Below, one piece after another: positions 1-9,431 of a stretch of 64,000 nucleotides of DNA (the stretch's first letter is position 1; each line of letters starts with the position of its first letter). A program made the translations under genes and the position numbers. The notes below the pieces were generated by a model. It saw only the letters and a program-made list of their open reading frames with translations. It made no database searches and was not told the origin of the DNA. The DNA is from an uncultured bacterium (GTDB lineage Bacteria; Omnitrophota; Omnitrophia; Omnitrophales; Aquincolibacteriaceae): assembly GCA_964373045.1 (NCBI GenBank), contig CAYJSI010000001.1, positions 31,650 through 95,649 of the forward strand, written 5' to 3'.

Positions 1-278
1 ATCGTATTGCAACCCTTCTTACTTTTCAGGGCATTCGTGATTCCCAATGCGGTTTTAAGGGTTTTACCCGCAAGGCCGGAAGGGAGCTTTTTCAGCGTCA
101 GAGATTAAACGGATTCTCATTCGATGCCGAGATTCTTTTTCTCGCTCAAAGACTGGGATACCGTATCCTGGAACTCCCCGTAACGTGGAGGAACTCACCT
201 CAAAGCCGTGTCAACCTTCTTCGGGATCCGGCAGCTATGTTCCTGGATCTTTTACGGATACGCATGATTCATCACTGA
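1..278 (+). CDS. GT2-family glycosyltransferase, C-terminal fragment; the gene begins upstream of the window
   Basis: In-frame translation ends ...FDAEILFLAQRLGYRILELPVTWRNSPQSRV...RMIHH* with a stop near 276-278. This matches the conserved C-terminus of DPM1-like GT2 enzymes. Confidence 0.45.
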   Translation, partial: RIATLLTFQGIRDSQCGFKGFTRKAGRELFQRQRLNGFSFDAEILFLAQRLGYRILELPVTWRNSPQSRVNLLRDPAAMFLDLLRIRMIHH

Positions 279-279
279 T

Positions 280-1992
280 GTGAATAATTCAAATCGATTA
301 GTTCAATACCTCCTTCCCCTTACCCTGATTCTTGGATTTGGCCTCAGGATGACAAGCATTCAATTTGGCTTGCCGCATCTTTATCATGCCGATGAGCCCA
401 TCGTGGTGAACCATGCCCTTGCTTACGGAACGGGAGATCTTAATCCTCATTACTTCAAATTTCCTCCTCTCATCACCTATCTTTTGTTTATGGTGTACGG
501 CTTCTATTACATTATTTCACTCCTGCTCGGCCGCGTCTCAAGTGTTGCTGATTTCCAAAACCTATTTCTCTCGGATCCTTCCTCCTTTTATCTGATCGCC
601 CGCATCATCTTCGGGGCGGGGCTGGGCACCCTCGGAATCGCAGTTTTCTATCGCCTGCTGCGCCGTTTTTTCAGTAACTCCCTTGCCCTTACGGCAAGTT
701 TTTTTCTTGCAACCAATTTTATGCATGTGCGAAATTCGCACTATTTTTATCTCGATATTCCTTTAATGCTTGTAATGATCTTGAGTTATTTTCCCATTTT
801 GAATGTCCTCACCCAAAAAAGGGCGCGGGATTATTATCTCTTTGGCGTTTGCTTAGGGTTAGCTGTCGGCACTAAATACAACGGATTTTTTATCGTCATT
901 CCTTTTTTATACGCCCATTTTGCCGCACAAGGGTGGAATTGGCGGGGGTATGTGCAATGGAAATTAATGGCCGCAGTAATTTTATCTCTTTTGACATTTG
1001 TTGCGGTAAACCCCTACGCCCTTTTGGATTACCCCGCATTTCTCCGCGACATCCTGAGCCTGCATGAATTTGAAGGGTATTTGGGCTGGACGCATCATTT
1101 TGTCTATTCTCTTCGACACGCCCTGGGCCTCCCGATGCTCAGCTTGGCGATGGTGGGGCTGATTCTTAATCTCTTCAAACCCGAAAAAAAGAAACTGGCA
1201 TTTATATTTTTTGCGGTTCCTTACTATGTCCTTTTGTGCCACTTTAGCGAACAGCACGCCCGTTATATTTTGCCGCTTCTTCCTTCGATGATGTTTTTTG
1301 CCGCCGACGCGCTCGACCGCCTCGGCCGCGTCTTACCGAAATTTGCGAAACTGGTGTCCCTTGCGGGAATTCTTGTCGTAACCCTTCCCTCGCTTTCCAG
1401 GATTTATCATTTAGACCGTATCCTGCAAAGTGAAGACATTCGCACAACCGCGCTGGGATGGATTAAAGAAAATATTCCGCAGGGTTCACGGATCGCACTT
1501 GACTCGTCCTTCTTTATGCCGCGTTTAAAGCCGACCTTGGCTCAGCTTCAAGATAAAGCGCAAGAGGCACATCTGAAGAATCAGCCGGCCAATATCAAGC
1601 GCATGCAATGGATGATCGATGACGCTAAAGCCCATCGGAGGCCGCGCTATGAACTTTATTTTCTGAATAAGAATCCGGATAGCGAGTTTTTGTTTGCAAA
1701 ACCCGTTTTGCCCTACGACGTGGGGGTGCTTAAGGATGCCGGAATCGAATACGTACTCGCGGTCCGATTAAGCCCTGATCACTTGCGGGATTTTTACGAG
1801 GCCCTTGACCGTGGGGGAGAAAAGATCCGGCGTTTCACTCCCTATTTTGATTCCCATCGGGACTGGCCCCTTTCAACACGACCGCTCACGGGTGCGCCGC
1901 TTACTTGGGAGGAGTTGGTTTCCCGCAGGCAAAATGGTCAGATTATCGATCTTTATAAGTTATCGCCCGCCCAGCCCGCTGACCCCGCTTAA
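280..1992 (+). CDS. Multipass membrane glycosyltransferase, GT-C fold (GT39/ArnT/PMT-like)
   Basis: 570-aa ORF with a GTG start 2 nt after the upstream stop. It has many hydrophobic helices and an N-terminal loop with a YHADEP acidic motif (typical of GT-C), followed by a C-terminal soluble domain. It is immediately followed by a GT2 polyprenyl-P-sugar synthase. Confidence 0.5.
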   Translation: MNNSNRLVQYLLPLTLILGFGLRMTSIQFGLPHLYHADEPIVVNHALAYGTGDLNPHYFKFPPLITYLLFMVYGFYYIISLLLGRVSSVADFQNLFLSDPSSFYLIARIIFGAGLGTLGIAVFYRLLRRFFSNSLALTASFFLATNFMHVRNSHYFYLDIPLMLVMILSYFPILNVLTQKRARDYYLFGVCLGLAVGTKYNGFFIVIPFLYAHFAAQGWNWRGYVQWKLMAAVILSLLTFVAVNPYALLDYPAFLRDILSLHEFEGYLGWTHHFVYSLRHALGLPMLSLAMVGLILNLFKPEKKKLAFIFFAVPYYVLLCHFSEQHARYILPLLPSMMFFAADALDRLGRVLPKFAKLVSLAGILVVTLPSLSRIYHLDRILQSEDIRTTALGWIKENIPQGSRIALDSSFFMPRLKPTLAQLQDKAQEAHLKNQPANIKRMQWMIDDAKAHRRPRYELYFLNKNPDSEFLFAKPVLPYDVGVLKDAGIEYVLAVRLSPDHLRDFYEALDRGGEKIRRFTPYFDSHRDWPLSTRPLTGAPLTWEELVSRRQNGQIIDLYKLSPAQPADPA

Positions 1993-2056
1993 GCCAAAGT
2001 GGATGGGCTCATCATTCTGTGATAATATTCCCATTCGTTAAAAAAACAAAGGCTCT

Positions 2057-3013
2057 GTGGGTGCCATGAATCGAGAATTGACTATTAGCGTTGTCGCGCC
2101 GGTTTATAACGAGGCTGAGACACTAGAGGAGTTCTATCGCCAGGTTGTTCGGGTCCTGGAGGGGTACGACTATGAAATCATCTTCGTCAATGACGGAAGC
2201 GTTGATAATTCTTGGGAAGTCCTTCGCAAGATTTCGGAAAAGGACAACCGAGTTCGCTCGCTTCGGTTTTCCCGCAATTTCGGGCACCAGGCTGCGATTT
2301 CGGCCGGGCTTGACCACGCCAAAGGCGATGCGGTGATTATTATGGATTCAGACTTGCAGGACCCGCCCGAGCTCATCCCCGCTATGATCGCCAAATGGAG
2401 GGAAGGTTACGATGTGGTGTATGGGACACGCTCAGAGCGCCAAGGGGAGGGACTTTTTAAAAAATGGACTGCGACATTTTTTTACCGGCTTTTTCGTCAA
2501 ACCACGAATATCGACGCCCCGCTTGAAGCCGGTGATTTCAGGCTTCTATCCCGTCCTGTGGTGGAGGCGATTCGCCAGCTTCCCGAACGTGTACGATTTC
2601 TACGCGGCTTGGTCAGCTGGGCGGGTTTTCAGCAGGTCGGTATCCCTTACTCCAGAAAAAAAAGGTTTGCAGGGACCTCTAAATATCCGCTCTGGAGAAT
2701 GCTGCGCTTCGCCTTTGACGGGATTACCTCCTTCAGCAGTGTGCCGCTTCAGTTTGCAAGCTTCCTCGGACTCGTGGTCACTATGATCGCTTTTCTCGTC
2801 GGGCTTTATTCTCTTTATATCCGCCTGTGCACCCCTACGGCGGTTCAGGGCTGGACATCAATTTTAATCGTGATTATTTTTCTCGGCGGCATTCAATTAG
2901 TGATGATTGGCGTCATCGGAGAATACATTGGGCGCATTTACGAAGAGGTCAAACGGCGCCCACTCTATCTCGTCCAGGAAAAGATCGGATTTGAAGCAAA
3001 AAAGTTGATTTAG
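2057..3013 (+). CDS. GT2 polyprenyl-phosphate sugar synthase (ArnC/GtrB/DPM1-like) with C-terminal TM anchors
   Basis: ISVVAPVYNEAETLEEF...DGSVDNS...NFGHQAAISAGLDHAKGDAVIIMDSDLQDPPELIP are canonical GT2 DxD-type motifs, with two C-terminal hydrophobic helices. An AAGG Shine-Dalgarno sits 4 nt before the GTG. Confidence 0.7.
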   Translation: MGAMNRELTISVVAPVYNEAETLEEFYRQVVRVLEGYDYEIIFVNDGSVDNSWEVLRKISEKDNRVRSLRFSRNFGHQAAISAGLDHAKGDAVIIMDSDLQDPPELIPAMIAKWREGYDVVYGTRSERQGEGLFKKWTATFFYRLFRQTTNIDAPLEAGDFRLLSRPVVEAIRQLPERVRFLRGLVSWAGFQQVGIPYSRKKRFAGTSKYPLWRMLRFAFDGITSFSSVPLQFASFLGLVVTMIAFLVGLYSLYIRLCTPTAVQGWTSILIVIIFLGGIQLVMIGVIGEYIGRIYEEVKRRPLYLVQEKIGFEAKKLI

Positions 3014-3014
3014 C

Positions 3015-4811
3015 GTGATTAAGTCCGATCGTTCCCTCCAAGTCTTTTTCATCCTCTCACTTTTTTTTGCCCTCACCCAAGGGGCCTTCTTCGCCGGTTG
3101 GGAACTGATGAAGGCCTGCGGCGATCTGATCCAATTCCTCTCCCTGTTCTTCCTTGGAGCGGTGGGTTTTCTTGCCTACGGGCGCTACAAGCGTGATCCA
3201 ACCTCTTTTTTCTCGCTGGAGCCCATACACTCCCTGTCCTCCATCCTTGCCCGGGAATCTATCCTTCCCATTCTTCTTTTGTTTGGTATCTATTATTTAA
3301 CCCAACTTGTGAATCAAATCACCATGCACTTGGCGCTCGAAACAGCTCTCTGGGATCTTGCATTTTATGATCAGGTCATCTGGAACACCGCCCATGCTGA
3401 CTTTATGATCACCTCCGTTCGCGGGGGCCTGCACATCTTTGCCGAGCACTTTAAACCCATCCTTGCCCTGCTGGCCCCGTTTTACTGGATCAAGGATCAT
3501 GTCTATCTTTTGTTTGCCTTCACGACTTTTATTACCTCAAGCACCTTGATTGCGGTCTATCTCATTAGCGGACAGGTTCTTCGCTCGCACACGACGTCCC
3601 TCGTTCTTGTTCTTTGCGTTTTCTTCTACTCGCCCCTTCGAAACGGCATCAGCTTTCTTTATCACACGCAAACCCTTGCCGACCCGTTTCTCTTGTTTGG
3701 CTTATTTTTCATCGTGACCTCGCGGACGGTCCTCGGACTTTTTTTCTTCACGATGGCGTTACTTTGCAAAGAGAACATTACAATGGACGTCTTGGGGATC
3801 GGCTTGTTTTTAACCGCTCGGGGAGAAAAGAAGGGGTTGGCCGTGACGGCCCTTGCCTTGAGCTTTCTTGCGTTCATTTTGTTTTATATCGAGCCGCGTT
3901 TTCATTTCCCTTATCACTTTGTCAATAAATGGAATTTTTACGCGCATTTTTTTGCCCCGACCTGGGAGCGGTGGCTTAAACTACTTGAGCCCAATCCGCT
4001 TACGTTCCTATTTTTAATCTTTGCTCCCTTTCTTTTTTTAACGTTCCGTTGCAAGGGTTGGGTGTGGCTGCTCGGGCCCTCGCTCGCTATTCGGCTCCTC
4101 AGTGCCTGGCCCGGATTCAGGGAGATTATTTATCACTATACGGCCGGATTGAACGCCCTGATTTTTATATCGGTCATCTACGGCTTGGCCGACATCAAAC
4201 AAGCGCATTCTCAGGATGAAAAGACGCTGCCCCTTTTTCTTCAGGCTAAATTTTTAAACGTCCTTTTGCTTTTAAGCGCGCTTGTGTTTGCTGGGAGATC
4301 CCAGCTTTTTAAAATAGACAAATATTTATGGTGGGCTTCAGCGCCCGAGATTCAGCGTTCGGTTCGAATCCTAGAAACAATCCCCAGCCATTTTTCGGTT
4401 CTTACTTCCGAGCGCTTTTCACCGCACGTTTCTCACCGTTCTCATCTTTACGTTTTCTTTAACATGTTTCCTCATACCCCTTATGAAAAGGCGGCAGAAT
4501 ACCCCGATCTGGTGATTGCCGATGAGGGGACGGCCCATGATCGGGACCGTAAGGCAATGCAGGATTTTGAGGAAAAAGGATACCGGCTCATTTTTGAGAC
4601 GATGCCTTTGAAAATCTACGAGCGCCCTTCCAAAGAGGCCCTCATCCCGCAATCCTTAAAAGAGCAGTGGACTGAGACGGTTCGCGCCCCCGTGATTGAT
4701 TATAGGGGACTTGTGACTTTCACTTATCGCGTCAGCGCGGGACTTGCGGGGATGGCGCTCCTTTGCCTGATCGCCGTGAGGAGGAATCTGCCGGAGGCGA
4801 AGGTAGGTTAG
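3015..4811 (+). CDS. Large integral membrane protein, DUF2079-like (putative GT-C-type glycosyltransferase)
   Basis: 598 aa and highly hydrophobic, with motif ALWDLAFYDQVIWNTAH reminiscent of DUF2079. The GTG start is directly after the upstream stop. Its stop overlaps the stop of the convergent gene. Confidence 0.4.
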   Translation: MIKSDRSLQVFFILSLFFALTQGAFFAGWELMKACGDLIQFLSLFFLGAVGFLAYGRYKRDPTSFFSLEPIHSLSSILARESILPILLLFGIYYLTQLVNQITMHLALETALWDLAFYDQVIWNTAHADFMITSVRGGLHIFAEHFKPILALLAPFYWIKDHVYLLFAFTTFITSSTLIAVYLISGQVLRSHTTSLVLVLCVFFYSPLRNGISFLYHTQTLADPFLLFGLFFIVTSRTVLGLFFFTMALLCKENITMDVLGIGLFLTARGEKKGLAVTALALSFLAFILFYIEPRFHFPYHFVNKWNFYAHFFAPTWERWLKLLEPNPLTFLFLIFAPFLFLTFRCKGWVWLLGPSLAIRLLSAWPGFREIIYHYTAGLNALIFISVIYGLADIKQAHSQDEKTLPLFLQAKFLNVLLLLSALVFAGRSQLFKIDKYLWWASAPEIQRSVRILETIPSHFSVLTSERFSPHVSHRSHLYVFFNMFPHTPYEKAAEYPDLVIADEGTAHDRDRKAMQDFEEKGYRLIFETMPLKIYERPSKEALIPQSLKEQWTETVRAPVIDYRGLVTFTYRVSAGLAGMALLCLIAVRRNLPEAKVG

Positions 4812-5686
4812 CGGCTTTTGCCTTTGATGAATTGATGAATCCGGTCAAGCGCACCTAAAAGACCGCTCGCGAACCGATCGTTAAAATTAAGCCGGCGTTT
4901 CAAGGCATCGTAAGTTCGTAAGACCATTTTATCCAGATAAATCCAAACGCCGCGCATGCCTTCTCCCGGCCGGGCGCGATATTCTGTGGAGTGGATGAAG
5001 GGATTTTTTTCCTCCGTAAAATAATAGAGCGCGATGGATTTTCGAGTCACCCCTTCTGGGCACTGAAGGGGTTCCGGGTGACCGTGAAAGGAGTTGGAGC
5101 GCGTATTAAAAATGACCGCGCGGTTAAAAAGGGGTGCGACGCGATGAGCGCAATGCCTCATTTTCCGGTCCCAGAGTTCTAAGTGGCCTCCGTAAGCCTC
5201 CTGCCAATTTTCGTTGAGATAAACCAGAACGTTTATGCGCCGCCGCCAGTTGCGGCGCTGGGGATGCACCGTGAAGTCGGCATGAATATTTAAACGTCCC
5301 CCGGGGCCCGTTTGATGCAGTCCGCCTCCTTCCAGCGAATCATCCGCAAGCAGATTTTTAATTCCCGAAAGCTGCGACAAAAAATCAATAAATCGGGGTG
5401 AATTTAGCTCTTGAACGATGGCCCGAAGCATCGGAGGAAAGGAATCGAGATCCGTTTTCCCAAATTTTCTTTCATTGAAATGCACATAACGAATCCATTC
5501 GCCAGAATTTAAGGGAGGGAATTCCCCAAGGCCGGCTTTGAGTATTTCCGGATCGAGAAAGTTGTCGAGGACGATGTGAGGATAGGGTTGGGCAAAGCGG
5601 TATTGATTGCGTAAACGGTCTATTTGGGGAAGCCATTTCGATTGGGGGGCTATGGATCCCGTCTTCGCTGCTTCAGAGCGAATCAT
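4808..5686 (-). CDS. 2OG-Fe(II) oxygenase superfamily protein (prolyl-4-hydroxylase-like)
   Basis: NIHADFTVHPQRRNWRRRINVLVYLNENWQEAYGGHLELWD resembles the His/Asp...His iron-binding region of the jelly-roll 2OG-oxygenase fold. Its ATG overlaps the stop of the upstream TylF-like gene (TAATG). Confidence 0.5.
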   Translation of the reverse strand: MIRSEAAKTGSIAPQSKWLPQIDRLRNQYRFAQPYPHIVLDNFLDPEILKAGLGEFPPLNSGEWIRYVHFNERKFGKTDLDSFPPMLRAIVQELNSPRFIDFLSQLSGIKNLLADDSLEGGGLHQTGPGGRLNIHADFTVHPQRRNWRRRINVLVYLNENWQEAYGGHLELWDRKMRHCAHRVAPLFNRAVIFNTRSNSFHGHPEPLQCPEGVTRKSIALYYFTEEKNPFIHSTEYRARPGEGMRGVWIYLDKMVLRTYDALKRRLNFNDRFASGLLGALDRIHQFIKGKSR

Positions 5687-6633
5687 TATCTTTGCCTCGC
5701 CTTGGCAGCAGAGGAAACAGGGTCCTCTTTGCCTTCGAACATCTTGCCCGGAGTTGTAAGCCTCGCTGCCGCACCGAGCCCTAATTTAAGTCCGCCCACC
5801 TGCGGAAAACTCTTGAAAGCAACCTTTGAGGGGTTTTTGAGCGTAAACCCCAATGAGCTCGTAAAATAGGAGTCCGTTAGGATTTTCAGTCCCACACCCG
5901 TACCCGCGCCCACAAGACCCGGAGGTTCTGTTTGCAGGTTTTCCCTCCACCATGCCTCAGAATAAAACAGAGCCGCTATTTCCCTGTGCTGAGATTCATG
6001 CGTATACAAGTAACAACCGTCCCTTAGAAGCGGCCAAAGATATTTTAAGCATGTTTCCAAGGAAGAGCGATAATCCACATCCAGCCACACCTGAACGCAT
6101 TTTTCGCGATAAGAAGGCAACGTTTGATCAAAAAAACCCTTATGAAATCGGCACACATCAGCGTTTCCATAACGCCGGACGTTTTCTTTGACCTCCTCGA
6201 ATGTCCCGCACCACCAGCCCTTTTGATAGGTGTGAATTTCCTTGGAGCCGATAAGGGTGTGGGCCTTATCCTGATCACTGGGCTCCGGCAAGCCTTCAAA
6301 GGAATCAAAAACATCGAGCCGGCGGCGGACAAGGGCGCAGACCAGCGACATATTGGCGGCACTGACTCCCTTATAAGCCCCGCACTCCACAACAACCCCT
6401 TCGAGCGAAGGGGGAAGTCTCAAGAGAGTGGCGGCCATGAGGAGGTGCTCAATGAAGCTTGACCCGGAGACAATGCGGCTGTTATTCCAGGCCATGCGAA
6501 GCACCAGAGCCAATTTCTTCCAGAAGCCGACACCATAGGCCTCCCCCGTTTCACGAGCAAAAAATCCGCTCAGAAACACGGGGATGCACAGCAGCTGCAG
6601 GATGATTCGGTAAAGCTTGCCCAGGAGTTTCAT
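5686..6633 (-). CDS. TylF/MycF-family SAM-dependent O-methyltransferase (macrocin-O-MT-like) with an N-terminal hydrophobic segment
   Basis: VVECGAYKGVSAANMSL...VFDSFEGLPEP...VWLDVDYRSSLETCLKYLWPLLRDGCYLYTHE matches TylF-family signatures. Confidence 0.55.
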   Translation of the reverse strand: MKLLGKLYRIILQLLCIPVFLSGFFARETGEAYGVGFWKKLALVLRMAWNNSRIVSGSSFIEHLLMAATLLRLPPSLEGVVVECGAYKGVSAANMSLVCALVRRRLDVFDSFEGLPEPSDQDKAHTLIGSKEIHTYQKGWWCGTFEEVKENVRRYGNADVCRFHKGFFDQTLPSYREKCVQVWLDVDYRSSLETCLKYLWPLLRDGCYLYTHESQHREIAALFYSEAWWRENLQTEPPGLVGAGTGVGLKILTDSYFTSSLGFTLKNPSKVAFKSFPQVGGLKLGLGAAARLTTPGKMFEGKEDPVSSAAKARQR

Positions 6634-6667
6634 ATTAAGGATTGCCTTGATGCAGTAAGTTCAATGA

Positions 6668-6696
6668 TAGACAGGGCTTAGCAAAGCCGATATAAT
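6668..6696 (+). promoter_or_regulatory. Sigma70-like promoter TAGACA-17 nt-TATAAT in the divergent intergenic region
   Basis: Seen in the 138-nt gap between the minus-strand TylF-like gene and the plus-strand GT2 gene at 6772. The -35 matches 5/6 and the -10 matches 6/6. Confidence 0.3.
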
Positions 6697-6771
6697 GCAA
6701 ACCTTTATGTTGCAAGCTGTTATATATCATAAAAGGAGAGAGCGCACAAGCACTTCGGCAGCTAAACAGTT

Positions 6772-7542
6772 ATGATCCTCGGAAAAAAAATAGTTGTCAC
6801 TATGCCCGCCTACAATGCCGAACGGACTTTAGAGCGGACCTACCGCGAAATTCCGCGCGATGTGGTGGATTTGGTCATCTTAGTGGATGACTTAAGCCAA
6901 GACCGCACCGTTCAGCTGGCGCGCGATCTTAAAGTGGACGTCGTGATCACCCATAAAAAAAATAGGGGCTACGGCGCGAATCAGAAGACCTGTTACCAAG
7001 AAGCCCTTAGGCAGGGTGCTGACATTGTCATCATGCTTCACCCCGACTATCAGTATACCCCCGCCCTGATTGAGCCTTTGGCGTGGCTTGTGGCTCATGA
7101 CACCTACGATGTGGCCATTGCGTCAAGATTGCTTGGCAATAGCACCCTAAGCGGGGGAATGCCCGTTTATAAATATGTCTCCAATCGGGTGTTGACCTTA
7201 CTCGAAAACATTATCCTTTGGCAGCACGTCTCCGAGTACCACACGGGTTACCGTGCCTTTTCGAGAAGGGTTTTGGAAACCATCCCTTTTTTAAATAATT
7301 CCGACGGCTTCGTTTTTGATAACGAGATTTTAGCCCAGATATTCTATGCGGGATTCCGTGTCGGCGAAATCTCCTGCCCGACCAAATATTTTGACGATGC
7401 CTCGAGCATCAGCTTTCGTAACAGCTTAAAATACGGCTGGGGCTGCGTGAAAACCATGCTGAAATATCGGCTTCAATGCTGGCGCCTTATCGATCACAAA
7501 ATCTTTGCAGGGTTTAAACGGGGCCGGCCCACTCCTCATTGA
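6772..7542 (+). CDS. GT2 glycosyltransferase (polyprenyl-P-sugar synthase, CsbB/DPM1-like)
   Basis: VVTMPAYNAERTLERT...VILVDDLSQDRTVQLA...IVIMLHPDYQYTP. GT2 motifs present. Confidence 0.65.
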   Translation: MILGKKIVVTMPAYNAERTLERTYREIPRDVVDLVILVDDLSQDRTVQLARDLKVDVVITHKKNRGYGANQKTCYQEALRQGADIVIMLHPDYQYTPALIEPLAWLVAHDTYDVAIASRLLGNSTLSGGMPVYKYVSNRVLTLLENIILWQHVSEYHTGYRAFSRRVLETIPFLNNSDGFVFDNEILAQIFYAGFRVGEISCPTKYFDDASSISFRNSLKYGWGCVKTMLKYRLQCWRLIDHKIFAGFKRGRPTPH

Positions 7543-7579
7543 TTAACCGCGTATTCTTTAAAGCGCCCATAATTCTGCC

Positions 7580-9430
7580 ATGATACTTCAAACATTATTC
7601 GCCTTCCTTGCCTGGGTCGTTATTCTTCCCGCATGCTTTGTGAGCGGCCTTACGGCAAAGCGATGGTTCGATACGGAAGATGAAATCTTAAATGGGGTCA
7701 TCGCCTGTGCCTTAGGCTTTGCGGTTCTTTCTTACGGGGTGGTCGTTCTAAGCTACTCAGTGGGTTTAAATACGTTCACCCTCTGGGCGTTTCTAGGGAT
7801 AATTCTTTTGCTTCGTGTCAAACAATTACCCGAATGCGTTTACTGGCTCCGTGCGATCCCCCGCGATCTTCTCCGAGTTGATCTCACCCATTCCAGTTTT
7901 CTCGTGATCCTGTCGTGGGCCGCCATTTCGGTATTATTTTTTGCGGCCCTGACCCCTGAAATCGGGGGTGACTCCCTTGTTTATCACCTCAATCTCCCCA
8001 AGGTCTTCTTATCCCAAGGATCCCTAACACCCAGCGCCAACGATCCTAATTCTTATTTTCCGCTTTTCATGAACAATCTTTACCTGGCAGGGCTCGCCAT
8101 CGGAGGCGTTCTCACCGCAAAACTTTTCAGCTTCATGACCGGTTTTTTGATGTGGACGGGAGTGCAGCGGATCGTTTTCCGAGAAACCGAGCAAAGGAAC
8201 TTGGCGCTTGGCGCGGGTCTTGCCCTTTTGCTTACGCCGGTATTCTATAACCTGTTATCCACCACTTACGTCGATCCCGCTGTTGCCTTTTACACTCTTT
8301 TGTCGGTTTTTTTATTCGTCGAGGCATCTTCGAAAAATAGGTTGGCGTTTTTTGGCATGAGCGGATTTCTGATCGGCTGCGCTTTCGCCATTAAATATTT
8401 AGCCGTGGTATCCATCTTGACATTCGGCGCGCTTTGGATTTGGCAGCTCTTAGAGACAAGAAACCCTCGCGCATCCTTCAAGGGGTTTTCTCTCTGGTTT
8501 ACGGGATTGCTGCTGGGCGGGGGATATTGGTTGGTGCGAAACTGGTTTTTGCTGAAAAATCCTATTTTTCCCTATCTGGGCTCGGTGTTCGGAACCCCGG
8601 AGCTTTCAGCAGCCCATTTTGAAATCTATGGTATTGGAAAATCAATGTTTCATTTTTTTGTGCTTTTCTGGCATCTATTCAGGTATCCGGCGGAGTTCGG
8701 CGCTTTTAGCGATCGGATCGGACTTTTTTATCTGCTGGCGCTGCCTTTTGTCATTCTGGCTGTTATTCGCGTGCCTCGCACACGGCCTTATTTTATTTTT
8801 GGGGCTGCATTTTTGCTTCTGTGGTTTTTTGTCTGTCAGGCCAATCGCTACCTTTTGCCCATATTGCCCATGATGTTGATCTTGGCCGCGGTTGGGATAA
8901 AGGCGGCGGGGGATAGGATCCAACACTCAGCCCTCATAAAAAAAATTGCCGTTCTTTTAATTAACGGGTGTCTTATGTTTTATCTTGCTGCCGGAATTTT
9001 TCACTACCGTTATGCAGCGCTTTTGCATCTTGGGATCTGGAGGCCCGCGGAGTATTTGAAGAACCTGGAAAGGACGATCCCTATTGCGACCTGGATCAAT
9101 CGCAATCTCGCCCCCGACGCTAGAATCCTGCTCGCCTCGGAACCCCGGCAATTTTATTTCAACCGCTTCCTCATCCGCGACGTCTTCCTTCAATACAGAA
9201 CAAGCTACGGCGAAAAAAAGTGGGAGATGAAAGAGCTTCACGATTTTTTTAAATCAGAGGGGATTACTCATCTGCTGTTAAGCCGTCCCAAACCCGATCA
9301 GGATGGGGTGAGCGCAGCGCCCCTGCTTGAGGAGTTTGCGGCAAGCGCTTTTGCGAAACCAATCCACAACGAAACCTCAAGCAATATTCGAGATGCCCAG
9401 TATCAATACGACCTCTTCGAGCTTAGTTAA
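7580..9430 (+). CDS. Multipass membrane glycosyltransferase, GT-C fold (GT39/PMT_2-like)
   Basis: 616 aa with more than 10 predicted TM helices and an IGGDSLVYH loop. It is positioned after a GT2 synthase. Confidence 0.45.
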   Translation: MILQTLFAFLAWVVILPACFVSGLTAKRWFDTEDEILNGVIACALGFAVLSYGVVVLSYSVGLNTFTLWAFLGIILLLRVKQLPECVYWLRAIPRDLLRVDLTHSSFLVILSWAAISVLFFAALTPEIGGDSLVYHLNLPKVFLSQGSLTPSANDPNSYFPLFMNNLYLAGLAIGGVLTAKLFSFMTGFLMWTGVQRIVFRETEQRNLALGAGLALLLTPVFYNLLSTTYVDPAVAFYTLLSVFLFVEASSKNRLAFFGMSGFLIGCAFAIKYLAVVSILTFGALWIWQLLETRNPRASFKGFSLWFTGLLLGGGYWLVRNWFLLKNPIFPYLGSVFGTPELSAAHFEIYGIGKSMFHFFVLFWHLFRYPAEFGAFSDRIGLFYLLALPFVILAVIRVPRTRPYFIFGAAFLLLWFFVCQANRYLLPILPMMLILAAVGIKAAGDRIQHSALIKKIAVLLINGCLMFYLAAGIFHYRYAALLHLGIWRPAEYLKNLERTIPIATWINRNLAPDARILLASEPRQFYFNRFLIRDVFLQYRTSYGEKKWEMKELHDFFKSEGITHLLLSRPKPDQDGVSAAPLLEEFAASAFAKPIHNETSSNIRDAQYQYDLFELS

Positions 9431-9431
9431 T

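Noticed and set aside
9327-9431. N-terminal 35-codon extension of the YfhO-like ORF that overlaps the preceding GT-C gene by 104 nt
   Set aside because: An in-frame ATG at 9432 sits immediately after the upstream TAA, and the extension is low-complexity (Ser/Thr-rich), so the shorter start is more plausible. The same reasoning applies to the extensions at 17497, 30072, 38228, 41168, 42058, 49384, 56772, 61998 and 62789.
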